Source of the DNA: an uncultured bacterium
GTDB taxonomy: Bacteria; Fidelibacterota; Marinisomatia; Marinisomatales; UBA1611
Reading direction: 5' to 3'
Assembly (NCBI GenBank): GCA_943788175.1
Contig: CALSPG010000006.1
Location: 64,001 to 128,000, forward strand
Length of the DNA stretch: 64,000 nt
This document shows positions 1-8,648 of the stretch, in pieces. Made by a program: the position numbers and the translations under genes. The notes under the pieces are model-generated. The model saw only the letters and a program-made list of their open reading frames with translations. It ran no database searches and was not told the DNA's origin. How positions within the stretch are numbered: position 1 is the first letter of the stretch; the number at the start of each line of letters is the position of its first letter.

Positions 1-668
1 TGACGTCCAGGCCAAAGAACTTCTTCTTGAGTTTTATGAATATGCCTATTAAATGATATACCCCAAACCATATCTTTTTTATTTTCAAATTGAAAAACAA
101 AAAATGGAATTCTTACCTCCGCAACCCAGCCACTATCGTTTTTTGAAACAGCAGCATCCCAAACAGCATTCCAACTTCGATCATAATCTTCTTGACCAGA
201 AACGTTTACATCAATCTTTACTCCTGCTGCATTTATGCCAAACCATTTACCATTGTAGTCATCATTTCTTGAATCAATTGCAAATCCAACAAAATCAGAT
301 GCATTATTAAAACCATCCATGTATGCGTCTCTTCTTGTAAGAGGTGCTCTAATTTTATCAGGCCGTGAATCAAAATTTTCAAAAGCTATATAAATTGCAT
401 TATCATCATGTAAAATTCTAACTATTGTTTTTTCAGAAGGTACACCAAATTCAATTGGCTCAATTTGGTGGAAATCATCTAATGGTGTTGCATCAGCCCA
501 AGATACATCATCAAGAATACCGTCAACAATCGGTGAATTCTCACATCTGGACGAATAGGCAATTTTATACCTTAATGAATCTGGGTTAATGTTTTTTCGA
601 CTATTGCTGTTTCCGTAAGTAACGATACTTAAAAATAGCAGACTAAAGAAAAATTTAAGATGAATCAT
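1..668 (-). CDS. Secreted CBM9-like/DUF5916-type protein, N-terminal part (runs off window start)
   Basis: Not in ORF track. Translated by hand from ATG at 668: MIHLKFFFSLLFLSIV...PIVDGILDDVSWADA...FHQIEP...WNAVWDAAVSKNDSGWVAEVRIPF...WGISFNRHI, open to the window edge; motifs typical of CBM9-like domains. Confidence 0.75.
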   Translation of the reverse strand, partial: MIHLKFFFSLLFLSIVTYGNSNSRKNINPDSLRYKIAYSSRCENSPIVDGILDDVSWADATPLDDFHQIEPIEFGVPSEKTIVRILHDDNAIYIAFENFDSRPDKIRAPLTRRDAYMDGFNNASDFVGFAIDSRNDDYNGKWFGINAAGVKIDVNVSGQEDYDRSWNAVWDAAVSKNDSGWVAEVRIPFFVFQFENKKDMVWGISFNRHIHKTQEEVLWPGR

Positions 669-896
669 AAAAAGTATTAATTAGTTTATTTGGTTGTGGA
701 TTTTTAGTATCTATAATTTTTTTTGAATTTTGTGAAAATTCTATAAAATTAATACTTATTAAAAGAATTAATAAACAGCGTATAATTTAATCAAATATGA
801 AATTAAAAATATGATACAAATTAACCTATTGATTATCTACTATATAAAAAATAACAGGCTTTTTCCCTTTCCATTTTCCCCATAGATAGCGTCGAA

Positions 897-2126
897 TTAT
901 ATTAAAGCTTTAATACGGTCAATAGTTGGAGGATGGCTGTAAGACAAGAATACTTTGAATGGATGAGGAGTTAAATGAGATAAATTATTAGCGGCTAAAC
1001 CTACTAACATACTGATCAAGGCTTCTTTGTTTTTAGTTGTTTGCAAAGAATAGTTATCTGCTTCAAACTCATTTTTTCTTGAAATAGCATTAGAGATAAC
1101 TGAAGTAATCATCGTAACTGGGGCATACAACATTGAAAAAAATATAAGGCCAGCATGAACAGATAAATCATTTACACCGAAAACTCTAAATAGCGCATAA
1201 TCATTCATTATGAAGTTGAAAACAAAAAGCATAATACCAGTTTCGATGATGCCAATAATGGTCCCATGTATTATATGTTTTAATTTGTAATGCCCAACTT
1301 CATGCGCCACTACTGAAACAATTTCATCGTTCGTGTGATTTTCAACTAAAGTATCGAAAATTGCTATTCGACGTGATTTACCAAAGCCACTAAAATATGC
1401 ATTCGAATGCGCACTCCTCTTACTGCCATCCATAATATCTATACGAGCGATAGGAAAATCTACTTGGGTAGTATATTTTTCTATTGCTGTTCTAAGCTCA
1501 CCGTCTTCTAATGGTGTAAACTTATTAAACATTGGTGAAATGACATGAACGAATAAGGGTTGAACAGCAATCATAAAAAGCGTAAGTAATGACCATGCTA
1601 TCAACCATCCAAAATTTTCATATTCATGAAACAAATACAATATTGGAGTAATTATTATAGAACCCATTACAATGAAAATTGCATATCCCTTTATTTTGTC
1701 AGATATAAACAAGCCAACGGTGGTCTTATTAAAACCAAACTTTTCTTCAATGACAAATGTGCTGTAGAGAGAAAATGGTAGGCTAATGATATCTTGAAAA
1801 ATATAAATTATTGAAATAAATAAAAGGCCCTGCAAAATGAAATGATTTGTCTGCAAATTAACAAACTCATTAAGTACTCCAAAAATGCCTAGGTGTATCA
1901 CTAGAAAAATAAGAACAATACTAAACGTGCTTGAAACTAAGATGAATTTAGTTTTAGTCTTTAAATACTCCTGCGATTTGGCATATTTTTTTTTGTCATA
2001 TGCTTTTTTAAAATGATCTGGTATGTCTGGATTAATATTACCTAAATCTAAAAAAGAACTCACGCTAGAGATTACATACTCAAACACAATTGCTGATATA
2101 ATGATATAATAATAGATATTCTCCAA
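897..2126 (-). CDS. M48 family membrane zinc metallopeptidase (Ste24-like)
   Basis: AHEVGH (HEXXH), NAYFSGFG, EFEAD and YSHPP motifs; multiple TM segments; TTG start. Confidence 0.92.
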   Translation of the reverse strand: MENIYYYIIISAIVFEYVISSVSSFLDLGNINPDIPDHFKKAYDKKKYAKSQEYLKTKTKFILVSSTFSIVLIFLVIHLGIFGVLNEFVNLQTNHFILQGLLFISIIYIFQDIISLPFSLYSTFVIEEKFGFNKTTVGLFISDKIKGYAIFIVMGSIIITPILYLFHEYENFGWLIAWSLLTLFMIAVQPLFVHVISPMFNKFTPLEDGELRTAIEKYTTQVDFPIARIDIMDGSKRSAHSNAYFSGFGKSRRIAIFDTLVENHTNDEIVSVVAHEVGHYKLKHIIHGTIIGIIETGIMLFVFNFIMNDYALFRVFGVNDLSVHAGLIFFSMLYAPVTMITSVISNAISRKNEFEADNYSLQTTKNKEALISMLVGLAANNLSHLTPHPFKVFLSYSHPPTIDRIKALI

Positions 2127-2146
2127 ACTAATAACCTTTTTATACG

Positions 2147-3049
2147 TTATTTATTAATAGCATTTCGCAGTGAGCCATTGGCCATTTTAATTAGATCGAG
2201 CGCTTTGACATAATCACATGAATTTGAAATCATTATAATTGCAACTTTTACAGATTTATTCGCTTCAAATAAAGCTTCTTTTGACTCATCATAATCAAGG
2301 CCTGTGACTTGTTGAATAATTCTAGTACCTCGATCTACTAGTTTATCATTCACCGCCATTAGATCTATCATAAGATTACCATAAACTTTCCCCATAGAAA
2401 TCATCGTAGCTGTTGATATCATATTTAGAATCATCTTCGTTGCAGTTCCACCCTTCATTCTGGTTGATCCTGCTATTATTTCAGGCCCGGTATCAACAGC
2501 AATAACTGTGTCCACCTCTGCTGATATAAAAGGAGTAGGGTTAGTAATCAAATAAGCTGTTTTAGCCCCCTTTTCTTTTGCATGTTCTAGAGCAGATATA
2601 ACATATCTTGCAGCACCACTACAACTTATGCCTATTAATGTATCCTTTGAATTTATGTCAAAATCTAATAAATCTGTTTTAGCTTGAGCTTTATCATCTT
2701 CAGCTCCTTCAATAGATTCTTGCAATGCTCTGTCACCACCTGCTATAACGCCTATGAACCAGTCTTTTGGAACAGAATAAGTTGGTGGACACTCTGAAGC
2801 ATCTAGTACACCTAGCCGTCCACTAGTCCCAGATCCCACATAAAAAACTCTTCCTCCGCTACTAAGGCTAGATTTTGCGTACAAAACAACTTCCTCTACA
2901 TCTGACAAAACTTTATTAACAGCAAAAGCAATATTTTGATCCTCTTTATTTATCGTCTCAAGTATCTTAGGAATTGTGAACTGGTCTATTTCTAATGAAT
3001 TTTTATTTTGCTGTTCTGTTTTTAATGTTTCTCGCTTAATCATAATCAT
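2147..3049 (-). CDS. murQ: N-acetylmuramic acid 6-phosphate etherase
   Basis: GSGTSGRLGVLDASECPPT and GPEIIAGSTRMKGGTATKM motifs. True start may be the ATG at 3043. Confidence 0.96.
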   Translation of the reverse strand: MIMIKRETLKTEQQNKNSLEIDQFTIPKILETINKEDQNIAFAVNKVLSDVEEVVLYAKSSLSSGGRVFYVGSGTSGRLGVLDASECPPTYSVPKDWFIGVIAGGDRALQESIEGAEDDKAQAKTDLLDFDINSKDTLIGISCSGAARYVISALEHAKEKGAKTAYLITNPTPFISAEVDTVIAVDTGPEIIAGSTRMKGGTATKMILNMISTATMISMGKVYGNLMIDLMAVNDKLVDRGTRIIQQVTGLDYDESKEALFEANKSVKVAIIMISNSCDYVKALDLIKMANGSLRNAINK

Positions 3050-3063
3050 ATAATTTACATCAT

Positions 3064-3954
3064 ATGCCCGCTTGGAAAAATATAACGCTTAACATACCTG
3101 AAGGTGACTTAAATCAAATTTCTGAAAAGATTTCAGAAATAAATAGAGTGCTTTCTATTACAATCTTAGACAGGACAGATGAGGTTGATTCTCGGTGGTT
3201 TGATGAAAATGAGACTATCCAAAACCTTGATGGACAAACCCATTTAATTAGATTACTGACATCTGCTTCTGTTGATTCCTATACGATTAATGAAGAGATC
3301 TGTAAAAAGCTTGATAGTGATGTAATTGAAGTATTGAATGAAGAGATTTTTGAAGATCGAGACTGGATTCAATATTCAAAAAGTCAATTTAGGGAAATTC
3401 AAATAACCAATAATTTGACAATATTACCTCCATGGGTTGTTGATAAAAATCAAAATGGAGTTTCAATTATTATAGAACCTGGTTCAGGGTTTGGAACAGG
3501 GTCACATCCAACGACACAACTTTGTTTAAAATGGATTGAAAAGAATATTAAACCGGATTATCAACTACTCGATTATGGATGTGGCTCAGGGATATTATCA
3601 ATAGCCGCAGCAAAACTAGGGTGTTCAAAAATTGATGGCATTGACAATGATCACCAAGCACTAGCGAATGCAGAAAGAAACAAATCACTTAACGCATCCA
3701 ACGTTAATTTTTTCCATTCTGATACTTATATTCAAAAAAAAGAATATGATTTTACTGTTGCAAATATCTTATTAAATGCGATTATACAATTAAAGGAAAA
3801 GCTAATATCAAGTTTAAAACCAGGGGGTACGTTAATTCTAAGTGGAATTCTCGAAGATCAAGCATCCTCAATCATTGATACCTTTAGAAACGAAATGATA
3901 ATAAGTATAATTGATCAAAATGAAGGATGGCTGCTAATGAAAGGTCAAAAATAG
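3064..3954 (+). CDS. prmA: 50S ribosomal protein L11 methyltransferase
   Basis: EPGSGFGTGSHPTT, LDYGCGSGIL, ANIL and LILSGIL motifs. Confidence 0.94.
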   Translation: MPAWKNITLNIPEGDLNQISEKISEINRVLSITILDRTDEVDSRWFDENETIQNLDGQTHLIRLLTSASVDSYTINEEICKKLDSDVIEVLNEEIFEDRDWIQYSKSQFREIQITNNLTILPPWVVDKNQNGVSIIIEPGSGFGTGSHPTTQLCLKWIEKNIKPDYQLLDYGCGSGILSIAAAKLGCSKIDGIDNDHQALANAERNKSLNASNVNFFHSDTYIQKKEYDFTVANILLNAIIQLKEKLISSLKPGGTLILSGILEDQASSIIDTFRNEMIISIIDQNEGWLLMKGQK

Positions 3955-4017
3955 ATATAAATAGTTTCAGTTTCATATTTGCATCTTCTTTAAAAAAATA
4001 GCCTAGGTGATATAACT

Positions 4018-4908
4018 TTAGAGACCATGCTCTTGCCTATACTTATTATAAAAATCGTCTAAAGCTTTTGGATATAAGTTTCCTTTCCATACATACTTTA
4101 ATGAGTCTCTAATATGAGATTGTCTTATTTTTAAATATGGTTTTTGGATTTGAATAAAAAACTGTTTGCCAATCCGTAACATTTGCTCATCATTTAACTT
4201 ATGACCCATTACTTTTTGCATCAATCCAGAATGATTTTCTTGTAAATGTGAAACAAGCATGCTTTCAAGTCTTGATTCCAGGCCCGGAACCCAACTTGCT
4301 TTTAATGCTGTCTTAATGATAGATGAAAGTCTTGGATTGTTTTTTCCTTCCAAAGCTATTCGAGTCGAAATCATATTTTCAAAATCTATATCTGCTATAA
4401 ATAAATCGGAGGAGATACCCATACCATTATAATTAAAAGAAGAAGCAATAGATTCTCTAATCATATCCCATATCTCATTTGCCGATAATGTACCTTCTCC
4501 AAATTGAATTAAAATTTTACTATTCATAGAAGCTGATAAAACTATTTCTTCTCTGCCTACTGGTGTCACACAATCTATTGTTACGATTGATGGCGTATAT
4601 AGAATAGAATTATTTTTAATAGCATAATTCATTTGGGTTTTAAGAAATCTTCCAATTGAGCCGAGACTGGTGATAATTACTTCCTCATAATTATTTCGTC
4701 TGCTATTAACTCTTATAGTTAGTACAGAATTATTATTGTTTGTGGCAATCTGTGTAAAAGTAGGCTCACACTCTATTCTAAAATGATTTAATTCGTTATG
4801 TATCTTATTTATAAAATTTTGAGAAACAGATTTTAAACGATTATTATTTGCTTTTATTGAAGGGATAATAAATAAAAAACAAAAGATTATTAAATAAAAC
4901 TTCTTCAT
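4018..4908 (-). CDS. Hypothetical secreted protein
   Basis: 296-aa ORF with Sec-type signal peptide; no family recognised. Confidence 0.7.
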   Translation of the reverse strand: MKKFYLIIFCFLFIIPSIKANNNRLKSVSQNFINKIHNELNHFRIECEPTFTQIATNNNNSVLTIRVNSRRNNYEEVIITSLGSIGRFLKTQMNYAIKNNSILYTPSIVTIDCVTPVGREEIVLSASMNSKILIQFGEGTLSANEIWDMIRESIASSFNYNGMGISSDLFIADIDFENMISTRIALEGKNNPRLSSIIKTALKASWVPGLESRLESMLVSHLQENHSGLMQKVMGHKLNDEQMLRIGKQFFIQIQKPYLKIRQSHIRDSLKYVWKGNLYPKALDDFYNKYRQEHGL

Positions 4909-5070
4909 GTTTGATGAAAATAATTAAAAAATCTACTATGAACGTCGTAAGAGTTAAATCTTTTTATAGTTATCTTATAAAAACTATTTCTTACGAAAAT
5001 AAAATTCTTAAACTACTAAAAACATAGTAAAAGAACAAAAATCCGAGGAAAATAACGAGTTTTTGTGTAG

Positions 5071-5144
5071 TACGCCTGAGAGGACTCGAACCCCTAACCT
5101 TCTGGTCCGTAGCCAGACACTCTATCCAATTGAGCTACAGGCGC
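5071..5144 (-). tRNA. tRNA-Arg(ACG)
   Basis: GCGCCTGTAGCTCAATTGGATAGAG...TCTGG-CTACGGA-CCAGA...GGTTCGAGTCC...CAGGCGTA; CCA not encoded. Confidence 0.96.
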
Positions 5145-5277
5145 ATATCTTTATAGAGTTATTAAGTAATTTAATAAACTAAATTTACAAATAATATTAT
5201 CTGTATTGCGTTAAAAATAAATTGTGATCTGTTAATATTTTCAAAATTAATTTTAAACTAAAATTTTAATAATATTT

Positions 5278-6117
5278 ATGATTAAAAAAGTTTACCTATT
5301 TTCCTTTGCGATGTTTTTTTCTTGCGATGTTGGTGATTACCAGGATTGTAATAGCGTAATAAATGGAGGAGCTTACTTTGATGAATGCGGTAATTGTGTT
5401 GGTGGAAGGACAGGATTGACAGAGTGTACTACCGATTGCAATGGAACTCTTGGGGGAACTTCTTTTTTAAACCCTTGTAATATTTGCGTTGAGGGTAACA
5501 CGGGTATAAGTTTAGACTCTTGCACGAGCTTAAGCTATAATGGTGAAACATATAGAACAATTATTATTGGAAATCAAGTTTGGTTAGGTGAAGATCTTAG
5601 AACTAAAAATTTTAATGATAACTTACCTATTCCAGATTTTGATATATCAGAAGCTGATTCGATAGGCACAAAATTAGTGATTCCTAATTCAGCAATACAA
5701 ACTGACCAAGTATTTTACAGTCCACTTGCTGCATTAAACAACATGATAGCTCCAGATGGATGGAGAGTCCCAACAAAATCAGATCTAGAAAACTTATTAG
5801 AGCAACTGGGTGGAAATTCTATAGCTAGCGGTAAATTAAAAGAAACTGGATATAAAAGTTGGAACTTTCCCAACCAATTTGCTACTAATGAATCAGGCTT
5901 TTCTGCAAAAGGAACTGGCTACAGTAGTTCACTAGGAACTTTGAAAAATGTTGGAGAACGGTATTCATTTTGGAGCATAAATACTTTTGATGAAGGTGAT
6001 ACAACAAATACACTATATTGGACTCTTAGGCTTAGCTTTAACAGCAATTATGCTATTCTTGCACCTGATAGTGCAAATATAGGTCACCCCATCAGGCTAA
6101 TAAAAAATAATAAATGA
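5278..6117 (+). CDS. Lipoprotein with Cys-rich repeats and FISUMP (Fibrobacter succinogenes major paralogous) domain
   Basis: Lipobox-like FFSC; two DCNxxxxGxxxxxxCxxCVxGxTG repeats; YRTIIIGNQVWLGEDL, PDGWRVPT, NESGFSA, GHPIRLIK. Confidence 0.85.
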   Translation: MIKKVYLFSFAMFFSCDVGDYQDCNSVINGGAYFDECGNCVGGRTGLTECTTDCNGTLGGTSFLNPCNICVEGNTGISLDSCTSLSYNGETYRTIIIGNQVWLGEDLRTKNFNDNLPIPDFDISEADSIGTKLVIPNSAIQTDQVFYSPLAALNNMIAPDGWRVPTKSDLENLLEQLGGNSIASGKLKETGYKSWNFPNQFATNESGFSAKGTGYSSSLGTLKNVGERYSFWSINTFDEGDTTNTLYWTLRLSFNSNYAILAPDSANIGHPIRLIKNNK

Positions 6118-7022
6118 GTCCTGCAAAATCTTCCATAATAGCATCTATGCTATCAATCTTTATTTCATGTAATAGTGGAATAAACAATGATGAAAACGAA
6201 ATAATAAGTGAAAATTCTTATTTAAGTATATCGAATACTAATAATCAAAGCGAGGTTTCAGGGTTAGAGAACATTTATATAAATGTTAAAAACTTTACAA
6301 ATATATGGAAAATCTATTTAGTAATAACGAATAATCAATCTATTGCATTTGAAGATAGAATTTTATTAGATACTACAAGCTCATCTGATAGTATAATTTA
6401 TAAGACTATTTGGGATACTAATTTATTTCCAAATGGTAATTATGATCTTTTTGCAGAAATAATTGACAGCACTAATCAGAGAATAATCTCGACAAAAAGT
6501 TTTACCATAATAAACTATAATACCTTAAAAATTATTAATAATCATGAGGTTTCAATTAATTATCTAATTAACTCGAATAGTGGGATGCTTTTTTCAAATT
6601 CTATAACGCACCTTCAGATAGAAAAAATATTTGATGAGACCAATCTAAAATGTGATATTCAAGAACTTCCTTGTGGAACAACATTCTCATATAATTTCTT
6701 CGTTAAACCTGAAAGTATCGATCAACCAATAATAATTGAACCGGATAGCAACTCATTTTTCCTCAGAATACAAAATAAATTATTAGTAGAAAACTCTATA
6801 AATTCTGTTTTAATTCAGGCAAATGAAAATATAGAAGAGTGCAACAATTTATCTATTCAAAATGATAATCAAGTTTATTCATTAGGCTACTTTAATTTAG
6901 ATAATGATTTGTACCAGCAAGGGAAAGTAGAAATATTAACTAGATATGGTAATAATACAGACACTACGAAGTTGACATTTTTTAATAAATCAATATTAAT
7001 TGATACATTAATTATTAATTAG
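6114..7022 (+). CDS. Hypothetical lipoprotein, possible Ig-like domain
   Basis: IFISC lipobox-like; WDTNLFPNGNYDLFAEIID resembles bacterial Ig-like folds; ATGA-type overlap region with upstream gene; very AT-rich. Confidence 0.65.
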   Translation: MSPAKSSIIASMLSIFISCNSGINNDENEIISENSYLSISNTNNQSEVSGLENIYINVKNFTNIWKIYLVITNNQSIAFEDRILLDTTSSSDSIIYKTIWDTNLFPNGNYDLFAEIIDSTNQRIISTKSFTIINYNTLKIINNHEVSINYLINSNSGMLFSNSITHLQIEKIFDETNLKCDIQELPCGTTFSYNFFVKPESIDQPIIIEPDSNSFFLRIQNKLLVENSINSVLIQANENIEECNNLSIQNDNQVYSLGYFNLDNDLYQQGKVEILTRYGNNTDTTKLTFFNKSILIDTLIIN

Positions 7023-7051
7023 CGACGAAAAACTGTTTTTAAAGCTTATTG

Positions 7052-8536
7052 CTACTTCAGCAATAATGCTTTTTTGGTATCAATAATTGAAGGAGTCTCT
7101 ATTTTTATAAAATACATTCCTGATGGAAATTTAGAAGCATTCCAGTTAATATTATGGAACCCAGCTGCAGTGTAAACATTATTAACCAGAATAGAAATCT
7201 GCTCACCCAACATATTATATACCACAACTGATAAGTTTGTTTCTGTTGGCAGAGAATAAGATATTGTTAATGTAGGATTAAATGGGTTTGGATAAAGACT
7301 TTTAATATTTGGAGTGTTTGGCAGAGATAATAATTCTCGTTCAGAAAATTCTTTTTCTACATTTGCTTTAATATGAAATCCTTTTTTTGATGCTATTACA
7401 ACATCATGAACATTTAAAATATGCTGACTAGGAATATTTAAATCAATTTTTTTAACTAAACTAGTTCCAGATAAATCATAGGCATAAAAATTATAATTAT
7501 TATTTTTAGAACTGTAAGTCATCGACCATCCATCTGGAAGAATTAATTGATCTAAATATCGATCAATCTTAGTAAAAGAGGATAAACTAAACTGGAATCC
7601 TCCAATTTCTGAAGTTGATTCAATGCTTATATAATTATTTTCGTTTTCTTGAGAAAAAAACAGGGTTCCTTCGTCTTCTTCATTGTTTAGAAAAGAAGGC
7701 ATATTATCAAACAACACCATATTAACTAGATTAACAACATCAATAATATTAACATTATTATCACCATTTATGTTTCCAGCCTGCTCTCTACATTCTGAAA
7801 TGGGTAATAACTCTGAATCATTTAGTTGAAAATGATCAAGTAATGCAACGACATCAAAAAAATTGATAATAGGCAAATTATTTTCGTCTAGGTCACCATT
7901 TACGTTTCCCGTGCTAAAGACATTAACATTATCGCAAATATCACAAGCATCCCCACTACCATCTTCATCTATGTCAGCTTGTAGGGGGTTAAAATTCTCG
8001 GGACAATTATCTTCATCAGTATCGATACCATCCTCATCAAGATCAGATGGCAAATCTTCTAACGCTTGATTAATTGTAGCTATTATTGCAGCTTGATTAT
8101 ATCCGGTATCTGAGTAGAGAACTTCACCATCGCCACCTATAACAACATTATGGGGTATGTATCCAACACCAAAAAGACCATAAATATTATTTACGTCATC
8201 AACAATAGGATGAGAAAGACCAAAAGTTGTTCCCCAACCGGTACAACTGTATGGCTGGTTCCAATCTTGACCAAACCCTACTAAGACTAATGAATCATTT
8301 GTATATTGTTGAAATACTGCTTCTGCCTGCGGAGCCTCCGTAGTACAAGATGGTCACCAAGAGGTAAAAAGATTAATCCATACAACCCTATCTCTACCAT
8401 TTTCCTCGTAAGACCACGTACCGTCACCATTATGACAGATATCTCCGGAAAAATCGTTCACATAATCGCCTACTGTATATGTCTGACCAAAAGCACTGAC
8501 GAAAAACAGTGAGTATATAATGAGAATAATTTTCAT
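7052..8536 (-). CDS. Predicted 494-aa secreted selenoprotein: UxxC thioredoxin-like domain + TSP3-like repeat + dockerin-like module + T9SS-type C-terminal sorting domain
   Basis: Track ORFs 8354..8536 and 7052..8053 share a frame (offset 483 nt) and the 300 nt between them are stop-free. Only interruption is TGA at 8354-8356 in INLFTSW-U-PSCTTEAP. Then YIPHNVVIGGDG, DLDEDGIDTDEDNCPENFNPLQADIDEDGSGDACD, GNINGDNNVNIIDVVNLVN, YPNPFNP...SGMYFIKI...KKALLLK. Confidence 0.85.
8322..8350 (-). promoter_or_regulatory. Putative bacterial SECIS element
   Basis: mRNA 3' of UGA: CCAUCUUGUACUA-CGGA-GGC-UCCG-CAGGCAGA; hand-folded hairpin with G-starting apical loop beginning 17 nt after UGA. Confidence 0.6.
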
Positions 8537-8648
8537 AAATAAACTTAGCCTTATTTAGTAATAAAAGTTAAATATTAAATAAGATAATATGTTTATAGCT
8601 CAATGCCATAAAAAATTAAAATTTTAATTTTTTGAATATGGTTTCAAT

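Noticed and set aside
53-310. Plus-strand 85-aa ORF and other short antisense ORFs in the track (e.g. 7863, 8306, 12683, 13172, 41018, 46465, 54987, 56008)
   Set aside because: Shadows of well-supported genes on the opposite strand, with no recognisable motifs.
4018-7022. Integrative element at tRNA-Arg
   Set aside because: No integrase and no duplicated tRNA 3' end found by eye.
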